From an uncultured Myxococcales bacterium (GTDB lineage Bacteria > Myxococcota_A > UBA9042): a stretch of 64,000 nucleotides of DNA. The number at the start of each line of letters is the position of its first letter. Position 1 is the stretch's first letter. Positions 18,182-27,373 of this stretch are shown piece after piece. Made by a program: the position numbers and the translations under genes. The notes under the pieces were generated by a model. That model had not been told where the DNA came from. It did not search any database and was given only the letters and a program-made list of their open reading frames with translations. The stretch lies in contig CAIYWC010000033.1 of NCBI GenBank assembly GCA_903929795.1, positions 12,724-76,723 of the forward strand. Reading direction: 5' to 3'.

Positions 18182-21100
18182 GTGCAGGGGTGTCCGCTGT
18201 CTCGCGATCCGCAAAGTCCGCATCCGCCGCAGGACGCGCCGTTCCAGACGACGCAGGTGGACCTCCATCGGCCGTCTGTGGAGACTTTTGAGTCGCTGCA
18301 GACACCGGCGATCGGCCTGCACATCGACCATTTCCGCGTGCTGCGGCAGATCGGCGTGGGCGGCATGGGCCGCGTCCTGCTGGCGCGTGACACGCGGCTG
18401 GGCCGGCTGGTGGCGCTCAAGCTGATCCGCGAAGACCGTCTGGACGGTGAAGGCATTGTGGCGCTGATGGCGGAGGCGCGGCTGACGGCGCGCGTGTCGC
18501 ACCCGAATATCGTGACGATTCACCACATTGGCCGCTGGGGCAAGTCGCCGTACCTGGCCCTGGAATACATTTCCGGCACCAGCTTGCGCGAGCGACTGGT
18601 GTCCTCGCCGCCGACCCAGCGGGAAGCGCTGCGGATCGCGCTGTCGATCGCGCGCGCGCTGGAGGCGGCCCACGCTGCGCGCATCGTCCACTGCGACTTG
18701 AAGCCCGAAAACGTGCTGCTGCCGTCCGATGGCCGCCTGCGCGTAGTGGATTTTGGCATTGGCCATGTAGTGGAAACGATGACGACGGGGCCGCGCGAGC
18801 CGGGTCAGGGCCACGTGGCCGGGACGCCGGGCTATATGGCGCCGGAGCAGTGGCGCGGTGAAACACCCAGTGAAGCCGCGGACTTGTGGGCAATGGGCAT
18901 GATCCTGTACGAAATGCTGGCGGGCTATCGGCCTTTTGAAGGGCCTGCAGGCGACGGGCGGCCGATGCACATGCGGGTGCTCGACGAGGCGACGGTTATC
19001 CGGCCGATCTCCGGGATTCCCAATGATCTTCAGCATCTGGTCTCCGCGCTGTGCGAGCGGGATCCGCTCAAGCGGCCGCACGCTGGCGCCGTGGCCCGTC
19101 AGCTGGAGGCGATGCTGGCGCGCGATGACGGCGATTCCCGGGTCGCCGACGCGCCCTTTCGCGGGCTGTTGCCGTTTGAGGAGCGCCACGCCGGGTTCTT
19201 CTTCGGTCGCGACGCGGAAGTCGATGCCGCGGTGGAGCGCCTGCGCACGGCGACGGTGATGCCCATCGTCGGGCCGTCCGGCGCGGGAAAAAGTTCCTTT
19301 GTTCAAGCAGGGTTGCTGCCGCGGTTGCGCGAGCAGGGGCCGTGGACAATTGTGACGCTGCGGCCCGGCGCGCGGCCGCTCACGGCGCTGGCGTCGCGTT
19401 TGCTGCACCAGGACACCGCGGATCCGCGGCGGCCGACCAATCCGCCGCGCGACCAGGTCGACGAGCTCGCGCGGCAGCTCCTGGAGGAGCCGACGCAGGC
19501 CAACGTGCGGCTGCATCTGCTCGCGGAGCAAAACCACACACGGCTGCTGCTGTTTGTCGACCAGCTGGAGGAGGTCGTGACGCACGGTTGCCCGCCGGCG
19601 GAGGCTGCCGCGTTCCTGACGGCGATCGCCGGCGCTGCGGATCCGGTCGACGACGTGCTGCGCGTCGTGTTCACGCTGCGCGACGACTTTCTCGCGCGCG
19701 TGGCGGGTGGCGAGGCGATGGCGGCGGCGCTGGCCCAGGTGGTCGTGCTGCGGCGGCTGGACGATCGCCACCTGCGCGAGGCGGCGACGCGGCCGCTGGA
19801 GCGGCTGGGCTACACGTGGGACGATCCGAGCGTCATCGACCGCATCGTCGCGGAGCTGAGCGGGCTGCCCGCAGCGTTGCCGCTGCTGCAGTTTGCCGGC
19901 GCGGCGCTGTGGGAGCGGCGCGATCGCCAAGCGCACCGGCTGCTGCGGGCGGAATACGAGGCGATCGGCGGCGTGGCGGGCGCGCTGGCGGCGCACGCGG
20001 AGGCGGTCTTTGAAGGGCTGTCGCCGGCCGACGTGGCGGTCGCGCGGCGGCTGCTGCTGCGTTTGGTGGCGATCGACGGGACGCGCCGGGCGCTGCAACG
20101 CCAAGCGGCGCTGGACGGGCTGGGTCCGCGCGCGGAAGTCGTGCTGGAGCGGTTGACGGCGGCGCGGCTGCTGACGGTGCGGCGCTCGCGGGTGGCGCAG
20201 GACGACGCGGTGCTGGAGCTCGCCCATGAATCGCTGCTGCGGACTTGGCCGCAGCTGGTGCGCTGGCTCGAAGAGAGCTCGGAGGAGCGACTGGCGGCGG
20301 CCGAGGTCGAGGAAGCGGCGCGGCTGTGGGCGAGCCGCGGCAAGCCGCTGGCGGAAGTGTGGCCTCTGGATGGCATCGCGGATGCGCGCCGCCGCCTGCG
20401 CGCGGAGGCCGCGTCGTTGTCGCAAAATGCCAAGGATTTTCTGGAGAACGGGGAGACCGCCGGTCTGGCGCGGCGCAGCAAGACGCGCTGGCTGATGGTG
20501 GCCGGCCTCGCGCTCGCCGCGCTTGTGACAACCGCGTCGCTGGTGACGGCGGCTGAGCTGGCCCGCCGCGAGCGTACGACCCAGGCCCAAGCGGCGCAGA
20601 TCGCGCTGGCCGCGGCGGATACGGGCCTCGCGCAGCTGGAGCTGGAGCTTGTCGACCGGGACGCGCGGACCGGCCAGGTTCGGCCGGTCGATGCGGCGCA
20701 GTTTGCGCAGCTCAAGGTCACGGTGTTGGACGCCGACCCGCGCGATGCGCATCGGCCGGGCGCGGTGCGTGACCCGCGTTTTGTCCACCTGGGGCCGCCG
20801 CAGGTGGTGAACGGTCGCTGGACGACGTCGCTGGAAACGCGATCGGGCACGGCTTTTTTGCAAGTGGCCGGGCGAGGGCGCGACGGGCAGCGCTGTGCGC
20901 CGTCCCTGCTGCACCTGCGCAGCCTGCCCGGCTACGTCGAGCGCAATCGCGGACCGGTGGCCCTGCGCGCGACCGTGCCGACCTGCGCGGCGACGGCCGA
21001 GGATACCGTGGAAATTCCCGCAGGTCCGTTCATTTTCGGCGGCGAAGGCGAGCCGCCGATCCCCAGCCGTTTGCCCACGACGCCGGAGAAGCAGCTGAAT

Positions 21101-21703
21101 TTGCCGACATTTTGGCTCGACCGCTCGGAAGTTTCCAACGCCTGGTACGCGGTCTATGCCCGCAACGAACCGCTGACCGGCGAAGGCGTGCCGGATTACC
21201 CGCCTGAAGACGTGGTCCACGACGCGGCGAAGGCGGACCACCCGGTCAGCGCCCTGGACGCGTACGCCGCCGAGGCATTCTGCGCGTGGCAGGGCAAGCG
21301 CCTGCCGACGACCGAGGAGTGGACCAAGGCGGCGCGCGGTGGTTTGACGCTGGACGCCGCGGGACGGCTGGTCAACCCGCTGCCGAGGCGCAACTTTCCC
21401 TGGGGCATCGACATGGCGCCCAATCGCGTCAACTTGGGGGATCGTGGCGACGCTTGGCCCGCCAGCGCGCCGACGATCAGCATGCCCGAGGGCGCCAGTC
21501 CGTACGGCATCCTGCACATGGCCGACAACGTCAGCGAATGGACGGCGACCACGCCGCGCGAGTCGCGGGGCTCTTCGCTCCGGCTGATGCGCGGCGGCGA
21601 CTGGTTCACCCCAAGCGTCGATGGCGTCCACTCGATTTCCGGAGAGAACGAGCGCAATCCTCGGTACTTCGCTCTTGCCTTGGGCGTGCGCTGCGCGTGG
21701 TAA
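18182..21703 (+). CDS. Ser/Thr kinase - nSTAND1-type NTPase - TM - FGE/SUMF1-fold domain protein (copy 2)
   Basis: Same motif order as copy 1: IGVGGMG, HCDLKPEN, VGPSGAGKSS, LFVDQLEE, TM WLMVAGLALAALV, LPTTEEWTKAARG, NVSEW, GVRCAW. Start uncertain (GTG 18182 chosen). Confidence 0.92.
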   Translation: MQGCPLSRDPQSPHPPQDAPFQTTQVDLHRPSVETFESLQTPAIGLHIDHFRVLRQIGVGGMGRVLLARDTRLGRLVALKLIREDRLDGEGIVALMAEARLTARVSHPNIVTIHHIGRWGKSPYLALEYISGTSLRERLVSSPPTQREALRIALSIARALEAAHAARIVHCDLKPENVLLPSDGRLRVVDFGIGHVVETMTTGPREPGQGHVAGTPGYMAPEQWRGETPSEAADLWAMGMILYEMLAGYRPFEGPAGDGRPMHMRVLDEATVIRPISGIPNDLQHLVSALCERDPLKRPHAGAVARQLEAMLARDDGDSRVADAPFRGLLPFEERHAGFFFGRDAEVDAAVERLRTATVMPIVGPSGAGKSSFVQAGLLPRLREQGPWTIVTLRPGARPLTALASRLLHQDTADPRRPTNPPRDQVDELARQLLEEPTQANVRLHLLAEQNHTRLLLFVDQLEEVVTHGCPPAEAAAFLTAIAGAADPVDDVLRVVFTLRDDFLARVAGGEAMAAALAQVVVLRRLDDRHLREAATRPLERLGYTWDDPSVIDRIVAELSGLPAALPLLQFAGAALWERRDRQAHRLLRAEYEAIGGVAGALAAHAEAVFEGLSPADVAVARRLLLRLVAIDGTRRALQRQAALDGLGPRAEVVLERLTAARLLTVRRSRVAQDDAVLELAHESLLRTWPQLVRWLEESSEERLAAAEVEEAARLWASRGKPLAEVWPLDGIADARRRLRAEAASLSQNAKDFLENGETAGLARRSKTRWLMVAGLALAALVTTASLVTAAELARRERTTQAQAAQIALAAADTGLAQLELELVDRDARTGQVRPVDAAQFAQLKVTVLDADPRDAHRPGAVRDPRFVHLGPPQVVNGRWTTSLETRSGTAFLQVAGRGRDGQRCAPSLLHLRSLPGYVERNRGPVALRATVPTCAATAEDTVEIPAGPFIFGGEGEPPIPSRLPTTPEKQLNLPTFWLDRSEVSNAWYAVYARNEPLTGEGVPDYPPEDVVHDAAKADHPVSALDAYAAEAFCAWQGKRLPTTEEWTKAARGGLTLDAAGRLVNPLPRRNFPWGIDMAPNRVNLGDRGDAWPASAPTISMPEGASPYGILHMADNVSEWTATTPRESRGSSLRLMRGGDWFTPSVDGVHSISGENERNPRYFALALGVRCAW

Positions 21704-21720
21704 AAAGACTCCCGGCACCG

Positions 21721-21749
21721 TTGACGGCGCCCGTTCCGAGTATCACCAT
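21721..21749 (+). promoter_or_regulatory. Putative internal sigma70-type promoter for the beta-rich gene (copy 2)
   Basis: TTGACG-N17-CACCAT. Confidence 0.45.
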
Positions 21750-21793
21750 CGCCGCGGGCCGAAAACCAACTGCCGGCCCTGGGAGGTGGACCG

Positions 21794-22588
21794 ATGGTAG
21801 CGACAGCTTATCCGGGTTACGACATCATTGGCGTGTGTCAGGACGTGATCATCCGGACCTGGGTGAATCCGACGATTACGTTCAATCTCCGCTCTGACCC
21901 GAACGGGGCGCCGTACACGGCAAACTGGGGCTCGGACGTCGTCCACAGCGGTTTGCTCACTTCGGTGACGCCGGTGGTCGGTTCGGCGGGTCGTCTGTGC
22001 CTGACTTACGCCGCGGCGGGCCACCTGCGCCTCGGCGGCACGCCGTATGTCAAGTCCAGCTTCGCCGGCGTCGACCACGCGACCGCGACGCCGTACTACG
22101 CCATCGTCCGGACCGTGACGCCGAACGGCACGCGGCTCGACGTGCAGCTGAACGTGCAGGTCGCACCGGGTCGGTTCTCGCTGGCGACCGTCGACTGGTA
22201 CAACCCGTCGAACGTCTGGACCGGGTCCGAAACCGCGATCACGCCGGCACCGGGCAATGCGGGCACGGTTTATGTCCACGACGCGTACGCCGCGGCCAAT
22301 GCTGCCGCTGGCTTGTCCGCGACCGGCAAGTGGCCGACTGATCTGGGCTTGCGCGCCAAGCCGATCCCGTACGACGTGCAGATCGTCGGCACGATGACGG
22401 TTCCGCTCGTGCAGGTGCTGGCGACCAAGAATGGCGCGCCCAGCTTCGCCGACGGGACGCTGTCCTACTGGCTGCCGGCCGATAATGGCTTGCACGTCGA
22501 GCACTTGCAGCCGCACGACTTTCACGACGTCCAGCCAATTACCGTGACGCCGGACTGGGTGAACGCCGTTGGCTTGCCGCACAAGTAG
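21794..22588 (+). CDS. Unknown beta-rich 264-aa protein (paralog of 16810-17532)
   Basis: GGAGG RBS; no signal peptide. Aligns with copy 1 (GYDIIGV/GFQTIGV, YTANWGSDVV/YSATWSTDVV, VGSAGRL/VGSNGRL). Confidence 0.85.
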   Translation: MVATAYPGYDIIGVCQDVIIRTWVNPTITFNLRSDPNGAPYTANWGSDVVHSGLLTSVTPVVGSAGRLCLTYAAAGHLRLGGTPYVKSSFAGVDHATATPYYAIVRTVTPNGTRLDVQLNVQVAPGRFSLATVDWYNPSNVWTGSETAITPAPGNAGTVYVHDAYAAANAAAGLSATGKWPTDLGLRAKPIPYDVQIVGTMTVPLVQVLATKNGAPSFADGTLSYWLPADNGLHVEHLQPHDFHDVQPITVTPDWVNAVGLPHK

Positions 22589-22597
22589 CCGCCACGG

Positions 22598-23566
22598 TCA
22601 GTCGAACCGCAGCCAATAGAGCCGCTCGCGACCATCCGCCGTCGGTTTACGCAGCATAATCATGGGCTTGTTGTCATGCCAGCCTTCGAGCGCGAGCATC
22701 AGCACGCGCGGCGCGCCCTCGTGCACGAACGCCAGCGGGAACGCCGGCCCGGGCCGCGCCAGCAGTCCGGTCATGTCTTGCAGCCACAGCCGCGCGATCG
22801 CCTCGTCGTGCGGCAGCCGGCACTCCGTTAGCTTGGCAAACGCGACCGTGTGGCCAAAGCTGTCCGCGATCACGCCGGTCCACAGCGCCGACTTCAGCGT
22901 TCCGGTCAGCTCGCCCAGATCCTCGGGTGACGTGTCCCCGCAGCTCGCCGCGCAGGCACAGTTGTCCGGATTCTGCGGGTTGACGGCGGCCAACGCGCAA
23001 GAATTCATCGACGGCGGTTGCGCCAGCAGCGCGTCGCAGCGAAAGCCAGTCGCGGTGAATTGGCAGGCATTGATGGCGTTGGTGGTCACCTGCACCACGC
23101 ACCCGAGCCGCCGGGCCAACGACAGCGCCAACACCGGGCCATCGCCGTTGCTCAGCAGCGGCAGCGGCATCGCCGTCCCGGTATTGCAGCCCAGCAGCCG
23201 AATCACCGTGTCCGGCAAAATGCGGTTGCCGATCTGCATGTTGAATTGCACGAGGCAATCCTGAAAGTTCTCGTCGGCAGTCATCCACTGGTCGATGCCG
23301 ACCTCCAGCGCACCCGGTGCGCCGTGGCCGACGATGTCCAGCACGCCGATCGACGTGAAATTCACATTGTAATTCAGCTGATTGCCAAGCGTCACCAAGC
23401 CAGCCTGAAAGTCGTGGTAGCCGCGCTGCTTGATGACGGTCGGCGACGTGACTTTTGCCAGACAATCATCGACCCGGCCGCCATCCGCAAAGTCGCTCGC
23501 GGCCATGACAACGTGGATCTTGTGGCTGGCGCTCACCGTCGCGTGCGCGGCCTTTTTCTTGGTCAT
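22598..23566 (-). CDS. DUF4347-like caspase-fold His/Cys protease domain protein with C-terminal extension (copy 2)
   Basis: GGAGG RBS then ATG 23566. Motifs VLDIVGHGAPGALEVG, TVIRLLGCNTG and GDGPVLALSLARRLGCVVQV. About 130 extra C-terminal residues relative to copy 1. Confidence 0.82.
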   Translation of the reverse strand: MTKKKAAHATVSASHKIHVVMAASDFADGGRVDDCLAKVTSPTVIKQRGYHDFQAGLVTLGNQLNYNVNFTSIGVLDIVGHGAPGALEVGIDQWMTADENFQDCLVQFNMQIGNRILPDTVIRLLGCNTGTAMPLPLLSNGDGPVLALSLARRLGCVVQVTTNAINACQFTATGFRCDALLAQPPSMNSCALAAVNPQNPDNCACAASCGDTSPEDLGELTGTLKSALWTGVIADSFGHTVAFAKLTECRLPHDEAIARLWLQDMTGLLARPGPAFPLAFVHEGAPRVLMLALEGWHDNKPMIMLRKPTADGRERLYWLRFD

Positions 23567-23574
23567 GTGCGCCT

Positions 23575-23597
23575 CCGCCCGGCGAATTTCCGGGCGG
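23575..23597. promoter_or_regulatory. 8-bp GC hairpin overlapping the RBS of protease copy 2
   Basis: CCGCCCGG-cgaattt-CCGGGCGG. On the minus strand the stem ends inside GGAGG. No U tract. Confidence 0.35.
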
Positions 23598-23626
23598 CAA
23601 GACGATCGCACCGCGGCTTTGCCGTG

Positions 23627-25588
23627 TCAAAACCCGGGGCAAAACTGCGCTTGATAGCCGTCCGCGATGCAGTTTTGTGTGCCCATCGTGTCCTGGCCGC
23701 AGCAGCTGCCGGGACATTGCGCGTTGGTCGTGCAGTTGTTCACGCACGCCGTGATCTTGCTGGGCCACGCCGGTCCGGTCTTGTTGGGCCAGTTCAGGCA
23801 TTGGCCGGTGCCGCCGACGCCGCACGCGTATGGTTGGGAGTCGGTTGCCCAGTATTCGGTTGTGCCGCAGCACTCCGAGTCGTACGTCGGCGTCAGGCAG
23901 TGCTTGGTCTTGTAGGTCATGTAGCAGCACGAACTGGGGCAATCCGCGCCGGTGTTGCACGTCTTGGCGCAAAACGGCACGAGGTTGTCCGGGTATTGGA
24001 TGCACGTCTCGTCCGCGGCGCACTGCGAACCGCCGCAACATTGCGGAATCAAATCGTGTTTGCAGCCCGTCGCCGTCAAACACGCGTCCAGCGTGCAGAT
24101 GTCGCCGTCGTCGCATTGCGTCTTGTCCGGCGTGTGGCTACAGCCGCCGCTGGCCGGGTCGCAGACGTCCTTGGTGCAGGCGATCCCGTCGTCGCAGTTC
24201 ATGCCTTGGCCGATGCAGCTGCCGCCGCTGCAGGTGTCGCTGACGGTGCAGGCGTTGCCGTCATTGCACGCGACGTTGTTGTCGGCGAACACGCAGCCCA
24301 GCTTGGGATCGCAGGAGTCCGTCGTGCACGGGTTCGCGTCGTCGCAGCTGGTCTGCTTGCCGATGCAAGCGCCGGTCGCGCAGGTGTCGCCGACGGTGCA
24401 CAGCGTGCCGTCGTCGCACGCGGCTTGGGTAGCGGTGTGCGTGCAGCCGCCGCCGGGCGCGCAGGCGTCGATCGTGCAGGGGTTGCCGTCGTCGCAGCCC
24501 AGGACGCCTTGCGATTTGCACAAACCGCCGGTGCAGACGTCGCCAGTGGTGCAGGGCAAGCCGTCGTCGCAGGCGATGCCGTCCAGCGGCGGGTGTTGGC
24601 AGCCCTGCGCGGGGTCGCAGAGGTCGTCGGTGCAGACCAAGCCGTCGTTGCAGTTCAGCGGCTTGCCCATGCAGGCGCCGTTTTGGCACTGGTCGCCGAA
24701 CGTGCACTTGCTGCCGTCGTTGCAGCTGACGCCCGCGGCAAACGGCGTGTACGTGCACTGGCCCGTCGGCGGATCGCAGCCGTCCAGCGTGCACGGATTG
24801 TTGTCATTGCAGACCTTTTGCGCGCCCGCGACGCAGCTGCCCTGGCAGGTGTCGCCAACCGTGCAGCCGTTGCCGTCGTCGCAGGGGCCGCTCGTGGGCG
24901 TGTGCGTGCACGCGCCGTTGCTCGGGTCGCACGCGTCCGCGGTGCACGGGTCGCCGTCGCTGCATTGCGCTTGAGCGCCGCCCGCGCACTTTCCGGCCTG
25001 GCAGTGGTCCTGGGTGCACGCGCTGCCGTCCAGATCGCACGCGGTGGTCAGCGGCGCGGGCGTGTGCGTGCAGCCTGAGGTGCCGGCGCAGTTGTCCACC
25101 GTGCACGGCTGGGCGTCGTTGCACAGCACACCGTTGTCGATCTCGCCGTCGCAGTCGTCGTCCAAACCGTTGCAGATTTCCGTGGTTGGCACGCACGGCT
25201 GAATATCGGGACCGATGACGTTGCCGTCGGGGTCGATCACCTGACCGTCGGGCAGGATCACGGAACCGTCTGGAATGATGAATGGAACGTCCGGCTTGAC
25301 CACTTGGCCGTCCGGCGCGTCCGGCAAGATGATCGTGCCGTCGATGAGCGTGACGTCCTTGAGCACTTGGCCGTCGGGCAGCACGACCTCGCCGTCCTTG
25401 ATCAGCACGCCATCCGGCGGCACCGTCGCGTCAGGCAGCGGCTCGCCATCGTGCTCCGCCAGCACGCCATCGCCGGTCTGGCCGCCGTCCGTCGCCACGA
25501 CTTGCGGCACGACGGCGGTGTCATCGCTGCACGCGCAGGTGCCAGCGACGGTGGCGGCAACCAACAGGAATCTCGGCACAAAACGCAT
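23627..25588 (-). CDS. Cys-rich lipoprotein: PDG repeats, MopE-type metal-binding motif, Dictyostelium-type repeats
   Basis: MRFVPRFLLVAATVAGTCA-C lipobox; (V/I)LPDGQV-type repeats; EICNGLDDDCDGEIDN; many CDDGNPCTxDxC units; C-terminal CPSSCC/CPGSCC modules. Confidence 0.88.
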   Translation of the reverse strand: MRFVPRFLLVAATVAGTCACSDDTAVVPQVVATDGGQTGDGVLAEHDGEPLPDATVPPDGVLIKDGEVVLPDGQVLKDVTLIDGTIILPDAPDGQVVKPDVPFIIPDGSVILPDGQVIDPDGNVIGPDIQPCVPTTEICNGLDDDCDGEIDNGVLCNDAQPCTVDNCAGTSGCTHTPAPLTTACDLDGSACTQDHCQAGKCAGGAQAQCSDGDPCTADACDPSNGACTHTPTSGPCDDGNGCTVGDTCQGSCVAGAQKVCNDNNPCTLDGCDPPTGQCTYTPFAAGVSCNDGSKCTFGDQCQNGACMGKPLNCNDGLVCTDDLCDPAQGCQHPPLDGIACDDGLPCTTGDVCTGGLCKSQGVLGCDDGNPCTIDACAPGGGCTHTATQAACDDGTLCTVGDTCATGACIGKQTSCDDANPCTTDSCDPKLGCVFADNNVACNDGNACTVSDTCSGGSCIGQGMNCDDGIACTKDVCDPASGGCSHTPDKTQCDDGDICTLDACLTATGCKHDLIPQCCGGSQCAADETCIQYPDNLVPFCAKTCNTGADCPSSCCYMTYKTKHCLTPTYDSECCGTTEYWATDSQPYACGVGGTGQCLNWPNKTGPAWPSKITACVNNCTTNAQCPGSCCGQDTMGTQNCIADGYQAQFCPGF

Positions 25589-25725
25589 GGCTTTCCCCAT
25601 TCTACGCGGGCGGGCAAGCGAGATGTCCGTCCTGCGCAGCGTAGTCACGGCGCGCTTGGGCTGCAAGCGACAATTCGGCGGTCGCGGTTGCTCCACATGA
25701 TCCCCTTTGTGCGAGACCACAACCT

Positions 25726-25820
25726 CCAATGTGAGACCTGTTGCATTGCGGACTGGACCGCGAGCGTGCTCCTCGGGAGGCACGCCGCGGATGACAGACG
25801 CTTGATCTCGAACCTCGGCG
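25726..25820 (-). repeat. Dispersed structured intergenic repeat, copy A
   Basis: Minus strand CGCCGAGGTTCGAGATCAAGCGTCTGTCATCCGCGGCGTGCC-tcccgaggag-CACGCTCGCGGTCCAGTCCGCAATGCAACAGGTCT matches 55065-55152 (33/42, then 32/36, counted by hand). Confidence 0.85.
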
Positions 25821-25828
25821 AGCGTGTA

Positions 25829-27373
25829 TCACGGAAGCGGCGCCAGCAGGCCGCCGACAAACGCGATGGCGTCGTGCGCGTGGTCGACCGTCGGATCCCA
25901 GCGTGCCAGCAGGCCCTGCGCCAGTCCGGCTGCGGCAAAACAGGCGTTGGAAGCCGCGCCAGCCACCGCCGCCGCCGTGACCGTCTTGCCCGGACCGAGC
26001 CACTGCGGCGTCACGCAGCACTGACCGCTTGAACAGGCGACGTCGAGCGCCACCGCCTGCGCTTGCGGATCCAGCGTCTGCGCCGCGCACGCGCCTGCGT
26101 GGCACACCTGCCAGATGTAGGTCACGCGCTCGCCGTTGGGATTGGCCGGCGCGTCATCGCCCGGCTTGGCGTGGACCGCCGGCGTCTTGTGCTTGCACCA
26201 CGTCGCGCCATCGACGTCGGGCTGGTCGGCGATCGCCGCCGCCAAGCACGTCGTCACGCCTTGCGCCAAGCCGGTCGCCATCGCGGCGTAGAGCCGATCG
26301 CTGTCGCTCTGCGCCGGAAACCACGCAAAAGTCGCCAGTTGGCCCGTGGTCGGCAGCGGCACCTGCGCGGAACCATCGACGTCCAGAATGTCCGACGGCG
26401 TCGGCTCTCCCGGCAGCGCGCCGAGCCCGGTCGTCGTCCGCGCGGCATCCCACGGCCAATCGGTCTGCCACAGCTGAATCCCCAGCGCCGTCGCCGTCGC
26501 GCGATCCGTCGCGGCGAAGACCCCGTCCGCCCGCACGATCTGGTTCTGCGCCAGCCCGGGCTTGAGCAGCGGGTCGTCAAACGACTCCACCTGGAGCATC
26601 GCTGCTTGCGCCCAGGCCGCTTCCCAGGTCGCGCCCGTCACTGCCGCGTGGTTGTCGTCCGACAGCGTCGCGTAATCGCGCTGCCAGCTGCTGCCCATCA
26701 AGAACGCCACGCGCGACGTGATCGGCGCGGCCGTCGCATACTTGGCCCAATCCGCCGGCGCCACCGCGCCCGGCAGGCCATCCCAGTTGCCCAGCACGGC
26801 CACCAGCACGCGCCCGGTCAGCGCGCCTTCATAGGGCCAGCCGTGGTCGCGCACGCACTGCACCAGCGTGCTCCCGACATCGCACTGCGCCAGCAGCTCC
26901 GCCGGCGTGTACAGCAGCGCGCCCAATGTCTGCTGCAGTTCGCCGTCCAGGTCTTCCGGCGTATGGCTGTCGTCAAAAGTCGGCGTAATCAGGCCCTTGA
27001 GCTCCAGAATCACCACGATCGCCGCGTGGCTCACCACCAGGTCGTGCAGCGCCAGCACCGGCGCGAGGCAGTCCGCGAGGTCCGTGCACACGTCATTGCC
27101 AGGCGCCGTGTGATAAATCAAAAAGTGATGCGGCGTCGCGGGATCCGGGTGGATGTCCAGCTCCAGAGCGCGGACGTGGTCGATCAGCAGCTGGTCGAGG
27201 ATCTGCTCGCCCACGCCGGACGAGCCGATGTCGCCCGGCGCGCCGCGGTTGACCCAATAGCTGTTGTGCGTGGCGATGCGGCTGGTCTGCGACAGCGTCG
27301 GGCCCAAATCGTAGGCGCCGCTTGGCGCGGAGCACGCAGCGGACAAAAGTAGCGCAAGCCAAAGCGTTTTCAC
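25829..27373 (-). CDS. Ca2+-dependent phosphoinositide-specific phospholipase C-like lipoprotein
   Basis: MKTLWLALLLSAA-C lipobox; PI-PLC X-box-like motifs ATHNSY, VRALELDIH, IYHT and VILELK. Confidence 0.78.
   Translation of the reverse strand: MKTLWLALLLSAACSAPSGAYDLGPTLSQTSRIATHNSYWVNRGAPGDIGSSGVGEQILDQLLIDHVRALELDIHPDPATPHHFLIYHTAPGNDVCTDLADCLAPVLALHDLVVSHAAIVVILELKGLITPTFDDSHTPEDLDGELQQTLGALLYTPAELLAQCDVGSTLVQCVRDHGWPYEGALTGRVLVAVLGNWDGLPGAVAPADWAKYATAAPITSRVAFLMGSSWQRDYATLSDDNHAAVTGATWEAAWAQAAMLQVESFDDPLLKPGLAQNQIVRADGVFAATDRATATALGIQLWQTDWPWDAARTTTGLGALPGEPTPSDILDVDGSAQVPLPTTGQLATFAWFPAQSDSDRLYAAMATGLAQGVTTCLAAAIADQPDVDGATWCKHKTPAVHAKPGDDAPANPNGERVTYIWQVCHAGACAAQTLDPQAQAVALDVACSSGQCCVTPQWLGPGKTVTAAAVAGAASNACFAAAGLAQGLLARWDPTVDHAHDAIAFVGGLLAPLP

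Noticed and set aside
16000-21703. FGE/CLec-fold C-termini as diversity-generating-retroelement targets
   Set aside because: No reverse transcriptase and no near-identical TR/VR pair differing at adenines in the window.
14118-21718. Very long minus-strand ORFs (881 aa and 1187 aa) opposite the two kinases, and similar shadows opposite atpA, mutS, kimA, comM and the Cys-rich genes
   Set aside because: They are antisense shadows of motif-bearing genes, Arg/Ala/Gln-rich with no domains, and expected at this GC content.
16810-22588. Beta-rich proteins as bacterial gasdermins (similar size, next to a caspase-fold protease)
   Set aside because: No N-terminal Cys and no gasdermin-like motif that I can align; the internal tandem repeat does not fit. 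Needs structure prediction before any such claim.
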